The notes under the pieces are model-generated. The model saw only the letters and a program-made list of their open reading frames with translations. It did not search any database and was not told where the DNA came from. From NCBI RefSeq assembly GCF_006345805.1, contig NW_021836569.1:1-38369 (forward strand): 38,369 nt of DNA. The letters are read 5' to 3'. Source of the stretch: Octopus sinensis (Eukaryota). The position numbers were made by a program, and so were the translations under genes. Each line of letters begins with the position of its first letter. Position 1 is the first letter of the stretch. Below are positions 11,480-23,884 of the stretch, piece after piece.

Positions 11480-12080
11480 TGTATGTACGTATGTATGTAT
11501 GTATGTATGTATGTATGTATGTATGTATGTATGTATGTATGTATGTATGTATGTATGTATGTATGTATGTATGCAAGTATGTATGTATGTATGTATGTAT
11601 GTACGAATGTATGAATGTATATATGTGTGTGTGTATGACTGTATGTATGTATGTATGTAGGCATGCATGTATGTATGAATGTATGTATGTAGGTATGTAT
11701 ATATGCATGTAGGTGTGTATGTATCATGCATGTAGGTACGCATGTATTAATGTATATATGTATGTATGTACGTATGTATGCATGTAGGCATGCATGTATG
11801 TATGTATATATGTATGCATGTATGTACGTATGTATATATGTATGTGTGTATGTATGTATGTATGTATGTATGTTTGTATGTATGTATACAGGAATGTATG
11901 TATGTACGTATGTATGCATGTAGGCATGCATGTATGTATGTATATATATATATATATATATACGTATGAATATACGTATTTATATACGTATGTGTGCAGG
12001 TATGTATGTAAGTATCTATGAATGTATGTATGTATGTATGTGTGTGTATGTATGTATGTACATATATAAGTATGTACGTA
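11480..12080. repeat. (TATG)n compound microsatellite with higher-order variant blocks
   Basis: Direct repeats. The variant block GTACGTATGTATGCATGTAGGCATGCATGT recurs at ~11767 and ~11903. Confidence 0.95.
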
Positions 12081-12169
12081 CGTGTATTTTTTTCGCATAT
12101 GGATATACATATATTTACACACACACAAACACAAGCACATATATGTATATATACATATACGGTATAGAG

Positions 12170-12460
<291 letters not shown>

Positions 12461-12599
12461 CATGTATGTATGTATGTATGTATGTATATACATGCATACA
12501 TACATGTATGTATAATTGTGCATGTCTGTGAGTATGTATACGTATATATTGATAATATGCAAGAGAAAAAAAGAAACATTTCGCTTGACATTTGGAAGC

Positions 12600-13030
12600 C
12601 CTTCTAGAACGATGAAAGCAGTGCGCCTGATGTTAAGCTTACATATCTATATATAGGTCAAAGTCTACATGAAATAAATAATGTGCATAGAATGCGAATT
12701 GCTACGGATTGCCGGGGGTTGCTGTTCGAAATCATGAAGGAGAATGTGAGTGACGTTGTTAGCTTGATGTTTGCGTAAAATCGTGGCTTCGAAACCTAAG
12801 AAGATGAAAATTGCACTCTTTGAAATGATTGCTGTTCATTGGTAGATTTTTTTTGTGTTTAGAATTAGGGCGATAGAACTCTTCGGCTTTCTTGTTTCAG
12901 AGCCACCTCTACTTGATTTAATTGAGATAGAGTTTACCGGGATCTTAGGGCAACTGCAGAAGACAAGGGCTAAAAGAAGACAAGCGAAATAGGGTTCATG
13001 ATTAAGTAGGAGTTTCATCCGAGGATAAAA
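12600..13030 (-). mobile_element. Possible degenerate Penelope-type 3' region
   Basis: Minus strand shares ordered short motifs with 7080-7260 (CACAAAAA..CTACCA; GGTTTCGAA.CC.C; CAAACA.CA....ACGTCAC). Similarity is patchy. Confidence 0.3.
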
Positions 13031-13049
13031 ATCAGTCGGGAATATTTGT

Positions 13050-13282
13050 TTCCTTTTATTTGTTTCTGTCATTTGACTGCGGCCATGCTGGAGCACCGCC
13101 TTTAGTCGAGCAAATCGACCCCAGGACTTATTCCTTGCAAGCCTAGTACTTATTCTATCGATATCTCTTGCCGAACCGCTAAGTAACGGGGACGTAAACA
13201 CACCAGCATCGGTTGTCAAACGATGTCCAGGGGACAAAGACAGACACATAAAGATATACTAACACACACACAACACACACAC

Positions 13283-13324
<42 letters not shown>

Positions 13325-13498
13325 TATATATATATGACGGGATTCTTTTAGTTTCCATCTACCAAATCCACTCGCAAGGCTTTGGTCGGCTCGAGGCTAT
13401 AGTAGAAGACACTCACCTAAGGTTCCACGCAGCGGGACTGAACTCGGAAACATGCTTTTTGCAAACAAGCTACTTACCACACAGCCAGTCCTGCGCCT
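13050..13498 (-). mobile_element. SINE family A, full length
   Basis: Complete head (GGCGCAGGACTGGCTGTGTGGTAAG), central CA tract, and tail ending GGCGGTGCTCCAGCATGGCCGCAGTCAAATGACAGAAACAAAT. Confidence 0.95.
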
Positions 13499-13518
13499 GT
13501 GTTAATATTTGATACAAA

Positions 13519-13720
13519 AGAAGGCAGCGAGCTGTCAGAATCGTTACCACACCGAGAAAAATGCTAACGGCATTTCATCGGTCTTTACGTTCTGAGTTCA
13601 AATTTCGCGGAGGTCGACTTTGCCTTTCATCCTTTCTGGTGCGAGAAATTAAGTACCGGCCAAGCACGGGGTTGATATGATCGCGTTACTCCTGAGCCGA
13701 ACTTACAGACTTGTGCTAAA
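13519..13720 (+). mobile_element. tRNA-type SINE family B
   Basis: AAGGCAGCGAGCTGTCAGAATCG (A-box-like) ... GAGTTCAAATTTCG (B-box-like) ... GGTCGACTTTGCCTTTCATCCTTTC. Confidence 0.88.
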
Positions 13721-13744
13721 ATTTGAAAACAAAATATAGCCTAA

Positions 13745-13920
13745 AAGAAGGCGGTAATGTTGAAGAATCGCTACAACGCCCACCAAAATAGCTTCTACTG
13801 TCTTTATGTTCTGATTCTAAATTCCACTCCGGTCGACTTTGCATCCTTTCGCGGTCGATAAAATAATTGCCTGTTGATAACTGGGGTATCGCTGTGATCG
13901 ACTTATCCTCTTCCCTGAAA
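13745..13920 (+). mobile_element. SINE family B (diverged)
   Basis: AAGGCGGTAATGTTGAAGAATCG...GGTCGACTTTGCATCCTTTCGCGGTCGATAAAATAA...ACTGGGGT...ATCGACTT. Confidence 0.75.
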
Positions 13921-14258
13921 TCGATGGCTTTGTTCTGGTACTTGTTTAACCGATCCCGAAAGGATGAAAGGCAAAGTCGACCTTGGCGGAATTTGAACTC
14001 AGAATGTAGCGGCATACGAAATACCTATTTCTTTACTACCCATAGGGGCTAAACAGAGAGGAGACAAACAAGGACAGATAAACAGATTAAGTCGATTACA
14101 TCGACCCCAGTGCGTAACTGGTACTTATTTAATCGACCCCGAAAGGATGAAAGGCAAGGTCGACCGCGGCGGAATTTGAACTCAGAACGTAACGGCAGAC
14201 GAAATACGGCTACGCATTTCGCCCGGCGTGCTAACGTTTCTGCTAGCTCGCCGCCTTT
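13921..14258 (-). mobile_element. SINE family B with one extra headless internal unit
   Basis: Head at 14258 (CTCGCCGCCTT). The GAACTCAGAA...GAAATAC...GAAAGGATGAAAGGCAA block occurs twice. Confidence 0.92.
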
Positions 14259-14989
14259 ATGGTTTGTATGGTACCGATAGGTGTGGGGTAGTAGGTGCAC
14301 CGGAGCAAATGTTGCGGTTAGCTCAAAATATATCGTAGAGTTATACATGTGTGTCTGTGAAGAAGAGGCTAAACGACCGGCGCTCCAGCGTTGAAGACCT
14401 TAGTCTCTACACATGTGGTAGTGACAGCCACTTGTGAGAATTATACTGATATAAGTTTCCAGCGCTACTGAAATCTTATCTTATATTACTTTCCCTGTGT
14501 AAATTTCAATACAAATATTTTATATCATTCCCTCTAGAAACATATTTGAGATGTAAGGAAATATTTTAAAATCATGTTCAGATGTCAAAATCTTAAGCAA
14601 ATCCTTATAAGTGAAACATAGCAATCTACTCGCCCGAGAATAATATTTAGAATTGAACAATGAGGAAAAACCTATATAACTACAAACAGCGAAAAATGCA
14701 CTACAACGTTGTAGAAACAAATAATAGTCGAGAAGGCAGACATGTTTTAAAACCTACGTGAATGACTTATAGAAATAATTTTTCATATTTGCAGCGCCTT
14801 AGATAAAAATCATACTAGAAGCATCTATCTTGATATTTTCCCTACGGGGTTCTCCTTTTCATTTGGAAAACTACATGAATATTGTGTAATGAATATTGTG
14901 AACAGTCACGTAGTTACATATACTAATCGTTTAATACATACATACATATATTTATATATATTATATACACACACACACACACCACACAC

Positions 14990-15035
<46 letters not shown>

Positions 15036-15054
15036 TCTATATACATATTATATT

Positions 15055-15096
<42 letters not shown>

Positions 15097-15514
15097 ATAT
15101 ATATATGTACGTATAAGTATATACATGTATATATATGTATCTAAATATATATTTGTATATATACATATATACACACGTACACACACACACACACACACAC
15201 ACCAGATATATATATATATATATAATATATACCACCTCTTATGTATGATTAAAGGCTTTTCACCCACGACCATTACATATTTCGTTATCGATTTTAGGGT
15301 TATCCCGAGGTCATGGTAGAATCCAATTGCTGAAGAAGGTGTTCAGTAAGATCGAATACGGATAAGCATAATGATGTGAAGCTGAATTGCAGTGACACCC
15401 TTGCGTTTGAATTTCGAAGATAATTGTAAACCGCTTCAGCTATTAGGATAATCTTCCATCTAGTAAACGTGTGACGGGAAGAAGTAGCTGTTGAAGAATT
15501 AGGGTTTATCAAAT

Positions 15515-15910
15515 ATTAACAGTATTGCCCGACGTTGTTCGGGTTTGTTTCGATCCTTTAGAATTGGAATTTTTGAAAAGTAAAAATTTTGCATTATGTT
15601 GCTTGTTATTCTCTTTAAGTGAACAATTTTCTAGTTGAAATACACCGAGAAATGGCGACAGAGCAGTAAAAAAATCGTAAAAAATAGGGATTTTCATAGA
15701 AAAAAAGCACCTGTTTGATGTAAATAATTTTTGGTCTTAATATGGTCGGATTTGAATTTAATCTACAACGGAATAAGGAGCAAGCCTTCTTCTATAATAC
15801 TCTCAATTTTGGTCAACTTGTGCTGGAGGGTCTCGGAGGAGATAGTGTTAGTTGAAGGCTACCAAACCTGCCAAACACAGACAATTCAGCTTTATATATA
15901 GAGAGATAAT
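15515..15910 (-). mobile_element. Non-autonomous Helitron-like element
   Basis: Minus strand begins ATCTCTCTATATATAAAGCTG (TC-type start) and ends with a subterminal hairpin CCCGAACAACGTCGGG followed by a degenerate CTAG-like end (CTGTTAAT). Confidence 0.6.
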
Positions 15911-16129
15911 ATCAAAGAATGAGAATCGGCCGATAAAGCAGCATTCTACAAGTGCAGTAATAGTGCTAGAAATAGCGACTCAATTGGGTGTTGGCAACAG
16001 AGAGAAGAAAGTAAGAGAGAAAACAAAGGAAAATAGTTTCTATGATATGTTGTAGGGACGTAGGAAAATGTCCTGAAACTATAGACCTAAATACCAAGGG
16101 TTGTAATAAACTTGGACTACACTGGATTG

Positions 16130-16300
16130 GGTTGGATTGCCTATGTCCAATCCACTGCAGGACGAGGGTCTCAACCTATTCTCTCCACCAAGCACGGTCT
16201 GATGTGGAGGCCATGAATTTGAGCTTGAGATCAATCATACTGCTTCGATGAACCTACTCTGCTACACTGGCTCTGCATGGCTTGGCAGATGGTTACTGTT
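16130..16300 (-). mobile_element. Possible RTE-like LINE 3' end
   Basis: Minus-strand SDRAWWRE*VETLVLQWIG resembles the RTE terminal DR..WR..GEAFVLQW motif. Short and degenerate. Confidence 0.35.
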
Positions 16301-16314
16301 TTCTATACTCTTAA

Positions 16315-16495
16315 CCAAGAGTAGTTAAGTCGATTATATATGATACCTATGCTCAACTGGTACTTATTTCATCAATACCGACAAGATTAATGGCAAGGTC
16401 GTCCACGGCTGAATTTGAACTCAGAACGACAGGACGGACGAAAGACTGCTAAACATTTCGTCCGGCATGCTAGCACTTCTACATGCTCGCCACCC
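16315..16495 (-). mobile_element. SINE family B (diverged)
   Basis: AACTGGTACTTATTTCATC...GGCAAGGTCG...GAATTTGAACTCAGAACG...CATTTCGTCCGGCATGCTA. Confidence 0.8.
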
Positions 16496-16606
16496 TCTTC
16501 ACTAAAGGCGGCCAATTTTCCAGATGGAGATGCTTAACTGAGTGACTGGTTAACTCTGTTACACAAATAGGCCATGTCAGGACGTAGAGAGTGGGATGCA
16601 GAGGCC

Positions 16607-17052
16607 GGGCAAATATCGCAACTTAGACCCTGGCAAACCCTCACCTTATCTACAGATTATCCATTCTGCCTACTGTTTTCTCTTCGGAATTAGAGTGACA
16701 GAAATGTTCAGTCTTCTTGTTCCAGGGCTACTGCTTCATGATTTCACGGGGATAGAATTTACCGTTATTTTAGGGTATCTTCAGAGTCGCCTGAAAGAAG
16801 GCAAGCGAAATATTGCACTGATTAAGAAGGCAGGGCAAGTATCGCAACATAGCCCATGGCAAACCCTCACCGTATCTCCAGATTACCCATTCTGCCTATT
16901 CTCTTCGGAATTAGAGTGGCAGAAATGTCCAGCCAACTTGTTGGAGAACCACTGCTACATGATTTCACCGGGACAGAATTTACCGTGATTTTAGGGCATT
17001 TTCAGAACGGCCTGAAAGAAGGCAAGCGAAATATTGTGCTGATTAAGAAGCA
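16607..17052. repeat. Two-copy tandem repeat with a ~226-bp unit
   Basis: GGGCAA.TATCGCAAC...GGCAAACCCTCACC...CTCTTCGGAATTAGAGTG...GAATTTACCGT.ATTTTAGGG...CCTGAAAGAAGGCAAGCGAAATATTG..CTGATTAAGAAG starts at 16607 and again at 16833. Confidence 0.92.
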
Positions 17053-17719
17053 GATCCAGAAAGTATATTTATAAGAAAATAAAAGTCGTCCTTATGTCCG
17101 TCTAGAACAACGGTCATAATGAATATTCAAACGGCTTCTGCCCATTCTGTAGAGTTTCGGTCACCTTCCCAATCATCTTTCGGTGCCAGTTTTCTTTTCG
17201 ATCGACATCAATCCAATATCGGACGACTTCCGGTATCGATACAAGCTTCGTCATATTTGAGATTGATTTAACCCTCAAATCGTTTTGATGGCATATCGGA
17301 GACATTTAGAAAAAAACAAACAAAATATTTATCATGTACCTGGATTGATTAAATCCTTAACCTAATCCCGGATCACTTCCGGGGGTTAACATTAGTCATT
17401 TTCCATGGTCGGGTCGTGTATATCACTTATCCATCTCTGGATATGATCAATGATAAAATAGAAAGCAATATACACTCGAAAGAGAAATTTAAAAAAACAA
17501 CAAAAAAGGCAAAAATTAAAAAGAATAGAAAACAAAATAAAAAGTCCTTAATCGAACTCTTTTTACCTTTTTACCCTTTTCCAAAATCCTTTCTGTATAT
17601 GTTCTTTCTTCTTAAGTACCTTGCACCTGCTTTTGTTTCTCTTGCCTTTCCTCTATCTTCGCCGTTTCCACTTCCACATCTTCTTTTTCTTCCCCTTCTT
17701 CCCTCTACTCCTTCGTCTT

Positions 17720-18065
17720 CGACAATAGCAGCCGTAGCAGCAGCAACACCACCAGCGGCAACACCAGCAACGTCTTAAGAGGTATTCTTCTTCTGCTTGT
17801 TCTTGGTTCTCACTTTTACTTGTTGTTGTTGTTGTTGTTGTTCATCATCATCATCTTCGCCACCTTCATCGTCGCTGCCGTTTCCTTCACCACCACCACA
17901 ACCACCACCGACACCACCACCACCACCACCACCACCACCACCATCACCATCGTCATCACATCATCATCATCATCATCATCATCGTCATCACAACCACCAC
18001 CAAAATTTCTTCTCTTTCTTGTTCTTCTTCTCCTTCTTGTTCTTCTCCTCCTTCTTCTTTTTCCT

Positions 18066-18098
<33 letters not shown>

Positions 18099-18210
18099 CT
18101 TCTTCTCATTCTTCTTCTTCTTACTATTTCTTGTTCTTCTTCATCTTCTTCTCCTCCTTCTTCCTTCCTCCACTTTCCCACTCCTTCCCCAGACTTCCGT
18201 CGTCGCATTT
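17720..18210. repeat. Mosaic of trinucleotide repeats (CAG/CAA, TTG, CAT, CAC, CTT)
   Basis: Direct repeats. Poly-P/H/T/L/R ORFs are repeat artefacts. Confidence 0.9.
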
Positions 18211-18976
18211 CGTTCCTTCCCTTTTTACATTACTGTACCCATTTTCCCCTTCATACCCTCAACAACACCCTACACTACAACCCGCACCTCCCACCCATCC
18301 ACCCTCCGCCAGTCGTTCTTCTGTCGCTCCACCGACCCACTAATCTCCGTCTCTTCCTCTCTGCTATTAATTCTTCTCAAAATATAATCGAAAATATTTA
18401 ACAAGGGAAATTAATTCGATTCAAAACTAAAAGCATTTATTCCCCAACTATCAACGTAATCGATACACGATATTATAGAGGACGTAACGTGTGTACAGAA
18501 TCTCATACACACACGCACAAACACAAATACATAAGATCACACACACACGCACACATATACACACACATACACACACAAAGTCATAGATACATATTACAAA
18601 TAAATAAATCTCTACCTGACTCACTCTCGCTTTCTCTCCCACCCACTCTCCCTCTGTTCCCATATATATATTATTATTATCCTTCCTACTATCATTATTG
18701 ATATTATACATACACACACACACACACACACAACATATATATATATATATATATAAATAATTATATATATGTATATATATATATTTATATTATATATACT
18801 TATATAAATATATATACATATATATATATCTATATATACATATATATATATATACATATATAAATATACATATATATATAAAGAAGAGAGAGAGGGACAT
18901 ATATATATCTATAAATATATGTATATATGTTTGTCTGTATGCATAAAAAGTGTATTCAAATACATACTAATGTATG

Positions 18977-19015
<39 letters not shown>

Positions 19016-19354
19016 TGTACATTTCTCTACCTCTATATGTAACATAATATATTATATATACATGTGTGCATAGATGTATATTTGAAGATGTGATGGCGCG
19101 TATGCGCGTATTTCGAGATAAAATTGCTTGTATGTTATACAAATTTAAAGATGTAGAATAGTCCTAACCGAGTGTATATATACATACATACATTTAAACA
19201 TACACACACACGTATATCTGTCTGTGTGCGTATGCATGCATGTATGTATAACTATACATACATATTTATACACGAATGATGCATATATACATATATCTAT
19301 ATACATATATATATATACATGTATATAGATATATTTAGGTATGTATGCCCATAT

Positions 19355-19386
<32 letters not shown>

Positions 19387-19779
19387 CATACGGATTGTTA
19401 TCAGTTAATATCAATTCGTGTATTTGTGTTTATAATTCCAAATATCTATTTCGGTAGTTCAGTAAAATATCTGAAAAATATTCCACTAATAGATAGGCCT
19501 ATAGTTCTCTGTTAGTAGACACTCACAAACACATACACACACGCATCCACACACACACACGCACATATATTAACGAAATTATAGGTGTGATATACATAGA
19601 CGTACATATATATGTATACGTATGTAATATTTGTATGTACATATATGTATGCAGTATATATACATATATACATATATATATACACACACCACACACACCT
19701 ATATATATATAATATTATATATATATATATATAATATATATAAATATATATATATATGTATATATAATATATAAATATA

Positions 19780-19823
<44 letters not shown>

Positions 19824-19860
19824 TACATACATATATATATCTATATATATATATATATAC

Positions 19861-19896
<36 letters not shown>

Positions 19897-20137
19897 CAGC
19901 CGAAATTGCGCGGATGATCCGGTTCTTGACTGAAATTGAAGGCTTTTGTGTATCGTCTTCTATATGTTTTACATTCTTGTCCCAGTTTGTATTTTTCTAC
20001 ATATATATATATACATATATGTGGTGTGTGTGTGTGTTTGTGTGTGTGTGTATGTGTATTTGTGTGTGTGTGTGTGTGTGTTTCTGCATGTGTGTATATA
20101 TGTACACACACATGCATTTATCACTATAAATATACAG

Positions 20138-20171
<34 letters not shown>

Positions 20172-20369
20172 TATCTATGTATGTACGTGTTTATACATAT
20201 GAATATATATACACATATATACATGCATCAATACTTCCATATATGCATAATTCTTACATGCATACATACATACACACATACATACTCATATACATAAATA
20301 CATTCATGCATACATGCATACATACAAACAAACATACATGCATACATACATACATACCTAGATATATAC

Positions 20370-20762
20370 TACTCTATCCAGATTTCAAGTTCAGGTGTAT
20401 ACCTGTAATTATTGTGGTCCTGGGATACTTAACACACTGCCTAAATACGAATCTTGAGAAATTAGTCTACTTAAAACCCGATAGCAGAAAGCTGATTGGG
20501 AAGCTACAGGTCAAAAGGGATCAAAGGAACTGTAAAGATCTGTAAAACTTTCCCGATGTTTATCATTTACGTATATGTGAGCTTGTCTAAACATGCAAGC
20601 ATAGGCATGAGAAGGCATACCTAAAACAAAGCAATCAAATCGGCACCTATACAAAAATACCCTGTTGTCAATGTTGAAATTCCAATGAAGGGGCCGTGGG
20701 CTTAGGTTAAAACTCGGCTCTTTCTCTGCAGGCAAGAAATCTTGACATAAAACGGAATAATG
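20370..20762 (+). mobile_element. 3' end of an RLE-type (R2/R4/NeSL-like) non-LTR retrotransposon: endonuclease C-terminus plus 3' UTR
   Basis: LLYPDFKFRCIPVIIVVLGYLTHCLNTNLEKL...RKLIGKLQ resembles the RLE terminal IPVIIGALG...L..LQ motif. It is followed by ~200 bp UTR and embedded in (CATA)n. Confidence 0.65.
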
Positions 20763-20837
20763 ACATGTATACACACCTACCTACATACAACTATGCATGC
20801 ATGCATACATACATACATACATACATACATACATTTT

Positions 20838-21223
20838 TTTGGAAGAACTCCGTCGGTTACGACGACGAGGGTTCCGGTTGATCCGAATCAACGGAACAGC
20901 TTGCTCGTGAAGTTAACGAGTAAGTGGCTGAGTACTCCACAGACACGTGTACCGTTAACGTAGTTCTCGGGGATATTCAGCGTGACACAGAGAGTGACAA
21001 GGCCCGGCCCTTTGAAAAACAGGTACAACAACAGAAACAGGAAGTAAGAGTGAGAGAAAGTTGTGGTGAAAGAGTACAGCAGGGATCACCACCGTCCCCT
21101 GCCGGAGCCTCGTGGAACTTTAGGTGCTTTCGCTCAATAAACACTCACAACGCCCGGTCTGGGAATCGAAACCACGATCCTACGACCACGAGTCCGCTGC
21201 CCTAATCACTGGGCCATTGCGCC
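20838..21223 (-). mobile_element. tRNA-type SINE family C, full length
   Basis: Minus strand: GGCGCAATGGCCCAGTGATTAGGGCAGCGGAC...GTTTCGATTCCCAGACC (tRNA-like A/B boxes), core CTCCACGAGGCTCCGGCAGGGG...CTGTACTCTTTCACCACAACTTTCTCTC, tail CCCTCGTCGTCGTAACCGACGGAG and A-rich end. Confidence 0.92.
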
Positions 21224-21227
21224 TCCA

Positions 21228-21700
21228 CACATATATATATACATACATAAATACATACATACATACACACATACATACATACATACATACAAACATACAT
21301 ACATACATTCATACATACATACATGCATACATTCATACATACATACATACATACATTCATACGTACATACATACATACATACATTCATACATACATACAT
21401 ACATACATACATACAAACATACATACATACATACATTCATACATACATACGTACATACATTCATACATACATACATACATACATACATTCATACGTACAT
21501 ACATACATACATGCACACATACATACATTCATACATACATACATACATACATACATTCATACGTACATACATACATACATACATTCATATATACATACAT
21601 GCATACATACATACATACATACACACATACATACATACATACACACATACATACATACATACAAACATTCATACATACATGCATACATACATACATGCTT
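21228..21700. repeat. (CATA)n microsatellite
   Basis: Direct repeats with CATT variants. Confidence 0.95.
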
Positions 21701-21871
21701 ATCTTAGTTTTAAGGTGCGTATAATATCTATAAATTTGTATGTCACCGCAGGCAATACTGAAACTAAAAGGATTCGCCTGAACTGCTCTCAGAGATAAAA
21801 ATTCTACGGAGTAGGCAACTCAACAGACATCTTATAACGTTTCAAACGGATTCAATACACCATGCTTTATG

Positions 21872-22386
21872 TTTATTGTTTTTTTAATCCTTTCTCATTC
21901 CAAACTGTGTATCTCCAGGTACAGGTATGGACACACTATTTAAATTGTGTTCCCGTTCGGTGAAGCCGATGGGAATTCCGTAAATGGAGCAACTGAACTA
22001 TCAGCTTTTTAATTAACCTGAGAAGTGACTAAATATTTCTCAGATAAGTGTTTTGTAATTCTCAGGTAGGCTAAATGAGCGAGGATGGTTGATTCACTAG
22101 TGCAATAATTCTTATGGTCATATTCATATATTGTTTTTTAAATCCTTTATCATTCCAAACTGTGTATCTCCAGGTACAGGTATGGACACACTATTTAAAT
22201 TGTGTTCCCGTTCGGTGAAGCCGATGGGAATTCCGTAAATGGAGCAACTGAACTATGAGCTTTTTTAATTAACCTGAGAAGTGACTAAATATTTCTCAGA
22301 TAAGTGTTTTGTAATTCTCAGGTAGGCTAAATGTGCCAGGATGTTTGGTTCACTTGTGCAATAATTCTTATGGTCATATTCATATA
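21872..22386. repeat. Near-identical two-copy tandem duplication with a ~255-bp unit
   Basis: CATTCCAAACTGTGTATCTCCAGGTACAGG... occurs at 21896 and 22151. The units differ at only a few positions. Confidence 0.95.
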
Positions 22387-22442
22387 GAGTATGGAGATTT
22401 TTTCATCCACGAAATAGATATCATTTTTATTTTACAATTGCG

Positions 22443-22830
22443 TACCACATGGTTCCGGGTTCAGTCCCACTGCATGGCATCTTGGGCAAGTGTCTTCTAC
22501 TATAGCCTCGGGTCAACCAAAGCCTTGTGAGTGGATTTGGTAGACGGAAACTATATATGTATATATATATATGTGTGTGTTTGTGTGTCTGCGTTTATAT
22601 ATATATATATATTATATATATATTCTGAAACTAAAATATATATACTTTGACAACCGATGCTGGTGTGTTTACGTCCCCGTCCCTTAGCGGTTCGGCAAAA
22701 AAGACCGATAGAATAAGTATTGGGCTTACAAAGAATAAGTCCCGGGGTCCATTTGCTCGACTAAAGGCGGTGCTCCAGCATGGCCGCAGTCAAATGATTG
22801 AAACAAGTAACAGAGTAAAAAAGAGTAAAG
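22443..22830 (+). mobile_element. SINE family A lacking its A-box region
   Basis: CCACATGGTTCCGGGTTCAGTCCCACTGC...GACAACCGATGCTGGTG...GGCGGTGCTCCAGCATGGCCGCAGTCAAATGATTGAAACAAG. Confidence 0.93.
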
Positions 22831-23173
22831 AGAGAGCATACTTTTATGATTATAACGTGTAGTGGAAACACGTGTAGGTCGTAATAACCTTAAAAATATG
22901 CTGTATGAAATTGTAAAATAAAAGGAAATAAAATTTGAGGATGGACATGTTGCCATATTCTATATCGTTATAATTATCGCTAAATTAAAATCCAGATTAC
23001 CTTCCAGACAGGCAAAGAAGGAATTACCCATCGGAAGAATTTATAGCGTGAGTGACAACTCATTCTAGTCATAGACATTAAATAATTATCGATGCGGCTA
23101 ACTGTGAACGGGAACATAACTAAGAGCTACCACTGTACCCTCCTGAATAATATATCCCTCTAAATTCACATGA

Positions 23174-23209
<36 letters not shown>

Positions 23210-23254
23210 GCGCACAAACATACATGTATTTACATATATAAAACAAATCGGTTA

Positions 23255-23520
23255 TAACTATTATATAAAATCCGTTCTCTCTGTCTGTGTGTGTGTCTTC
23301 TTGGATCTCGGGCATCCTTGATCCGATTGCGCTCAAATTTGATATGTAGATACCAACGGTATCAGGGCGTGTACAAGTCTTGAAAAAATTACAAAAATCG
23401 ATTCCATGTGAGAATGCGATCGATAAAGCCGTTTTTATCCTGCATTTCATAACTGTACATAATTGCACCTTCCATTTTTTGTTGTTTTTGTACTGCTTAA
23501 AGACACGTTTCTTTCCTGCC
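23255..23520 (+). mobile_element. 5' part of a non-autonomous Helitron-like element
   Basis: CTATTATATAAAATCCGT...CTGTCTGTGTGTG...GATCCGATTGCGCTCAAATTTGATATG is typical of small invertebrate Helitron derivatives. No 3' hairpin/CTAG seen. Confidence 0.45.
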
Positions 23521-23884
23521 AAGCTTACTGTTTAAACAATGTTTGTGTTCTCCCAGTCCACTGCCTTATCACTACTGGTGTTTTAAACTCTTCGGTTACA
23601 TATTAGTGTGCATAAAATCGTTTTTCTTTGGAATAGAATAAAAGTCTATCTTTATTTCTTCTTTTGCTGATGTCTCAAATTTAGGTTAAATCAGTGTTCC
23701 TCAAAGGGGAGGCTTATGGGAGGTCGAACAATTTGTTTTGAGAAAATTTGGCTTTTATTTTGACAACTCAGCACCGACGGGGGTCGTTTGCTCGTAGTTA
23801 TATATGTAACAAACATCGTTAAATATACATACATATATATATATATATATATTATATCTATATATAATATATATGAATATATAT

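Noticed and set aside
15325-15365. CTGAAGAAGG...GAATAC hammerhead-like string
   Set aside because: No convincing stem II, GAAA or stem I pairing.
16596-17074. 130-aa and 72-aa ORFs in the 226-bp tandem repeat
   Set aside because: The reading frame is not preserved between units (indels) and there is no recognisable domain.
17114-17305. 63-aa minus-strand ORF (MSPICHQ...)
   Set aside because: No recognisable motif and no good splice acceptor. Kept only as part of the CpG-rich island finding.
17797-18401. 196-aa and 193-aa proline/histidine/leucine-rich ORFs
   Set aside because: All frames are open because of trinucleotide repeats, and the composition shifts with repeat type.
20838-21223. 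tRNA gene calls for SINE heads (also 13050, 36543 and family B copies)
   Set aside because: They have A/B boxes but no complete cloverleaf or acceptor stem, and they continue into repeated SINE bodies.
23692-23810. CAGTGTTCCTCAA, resembling a hAT/Charlie terminal repeat
   Set aside because: No matching opposite end or 8-bp target-site duplication found.
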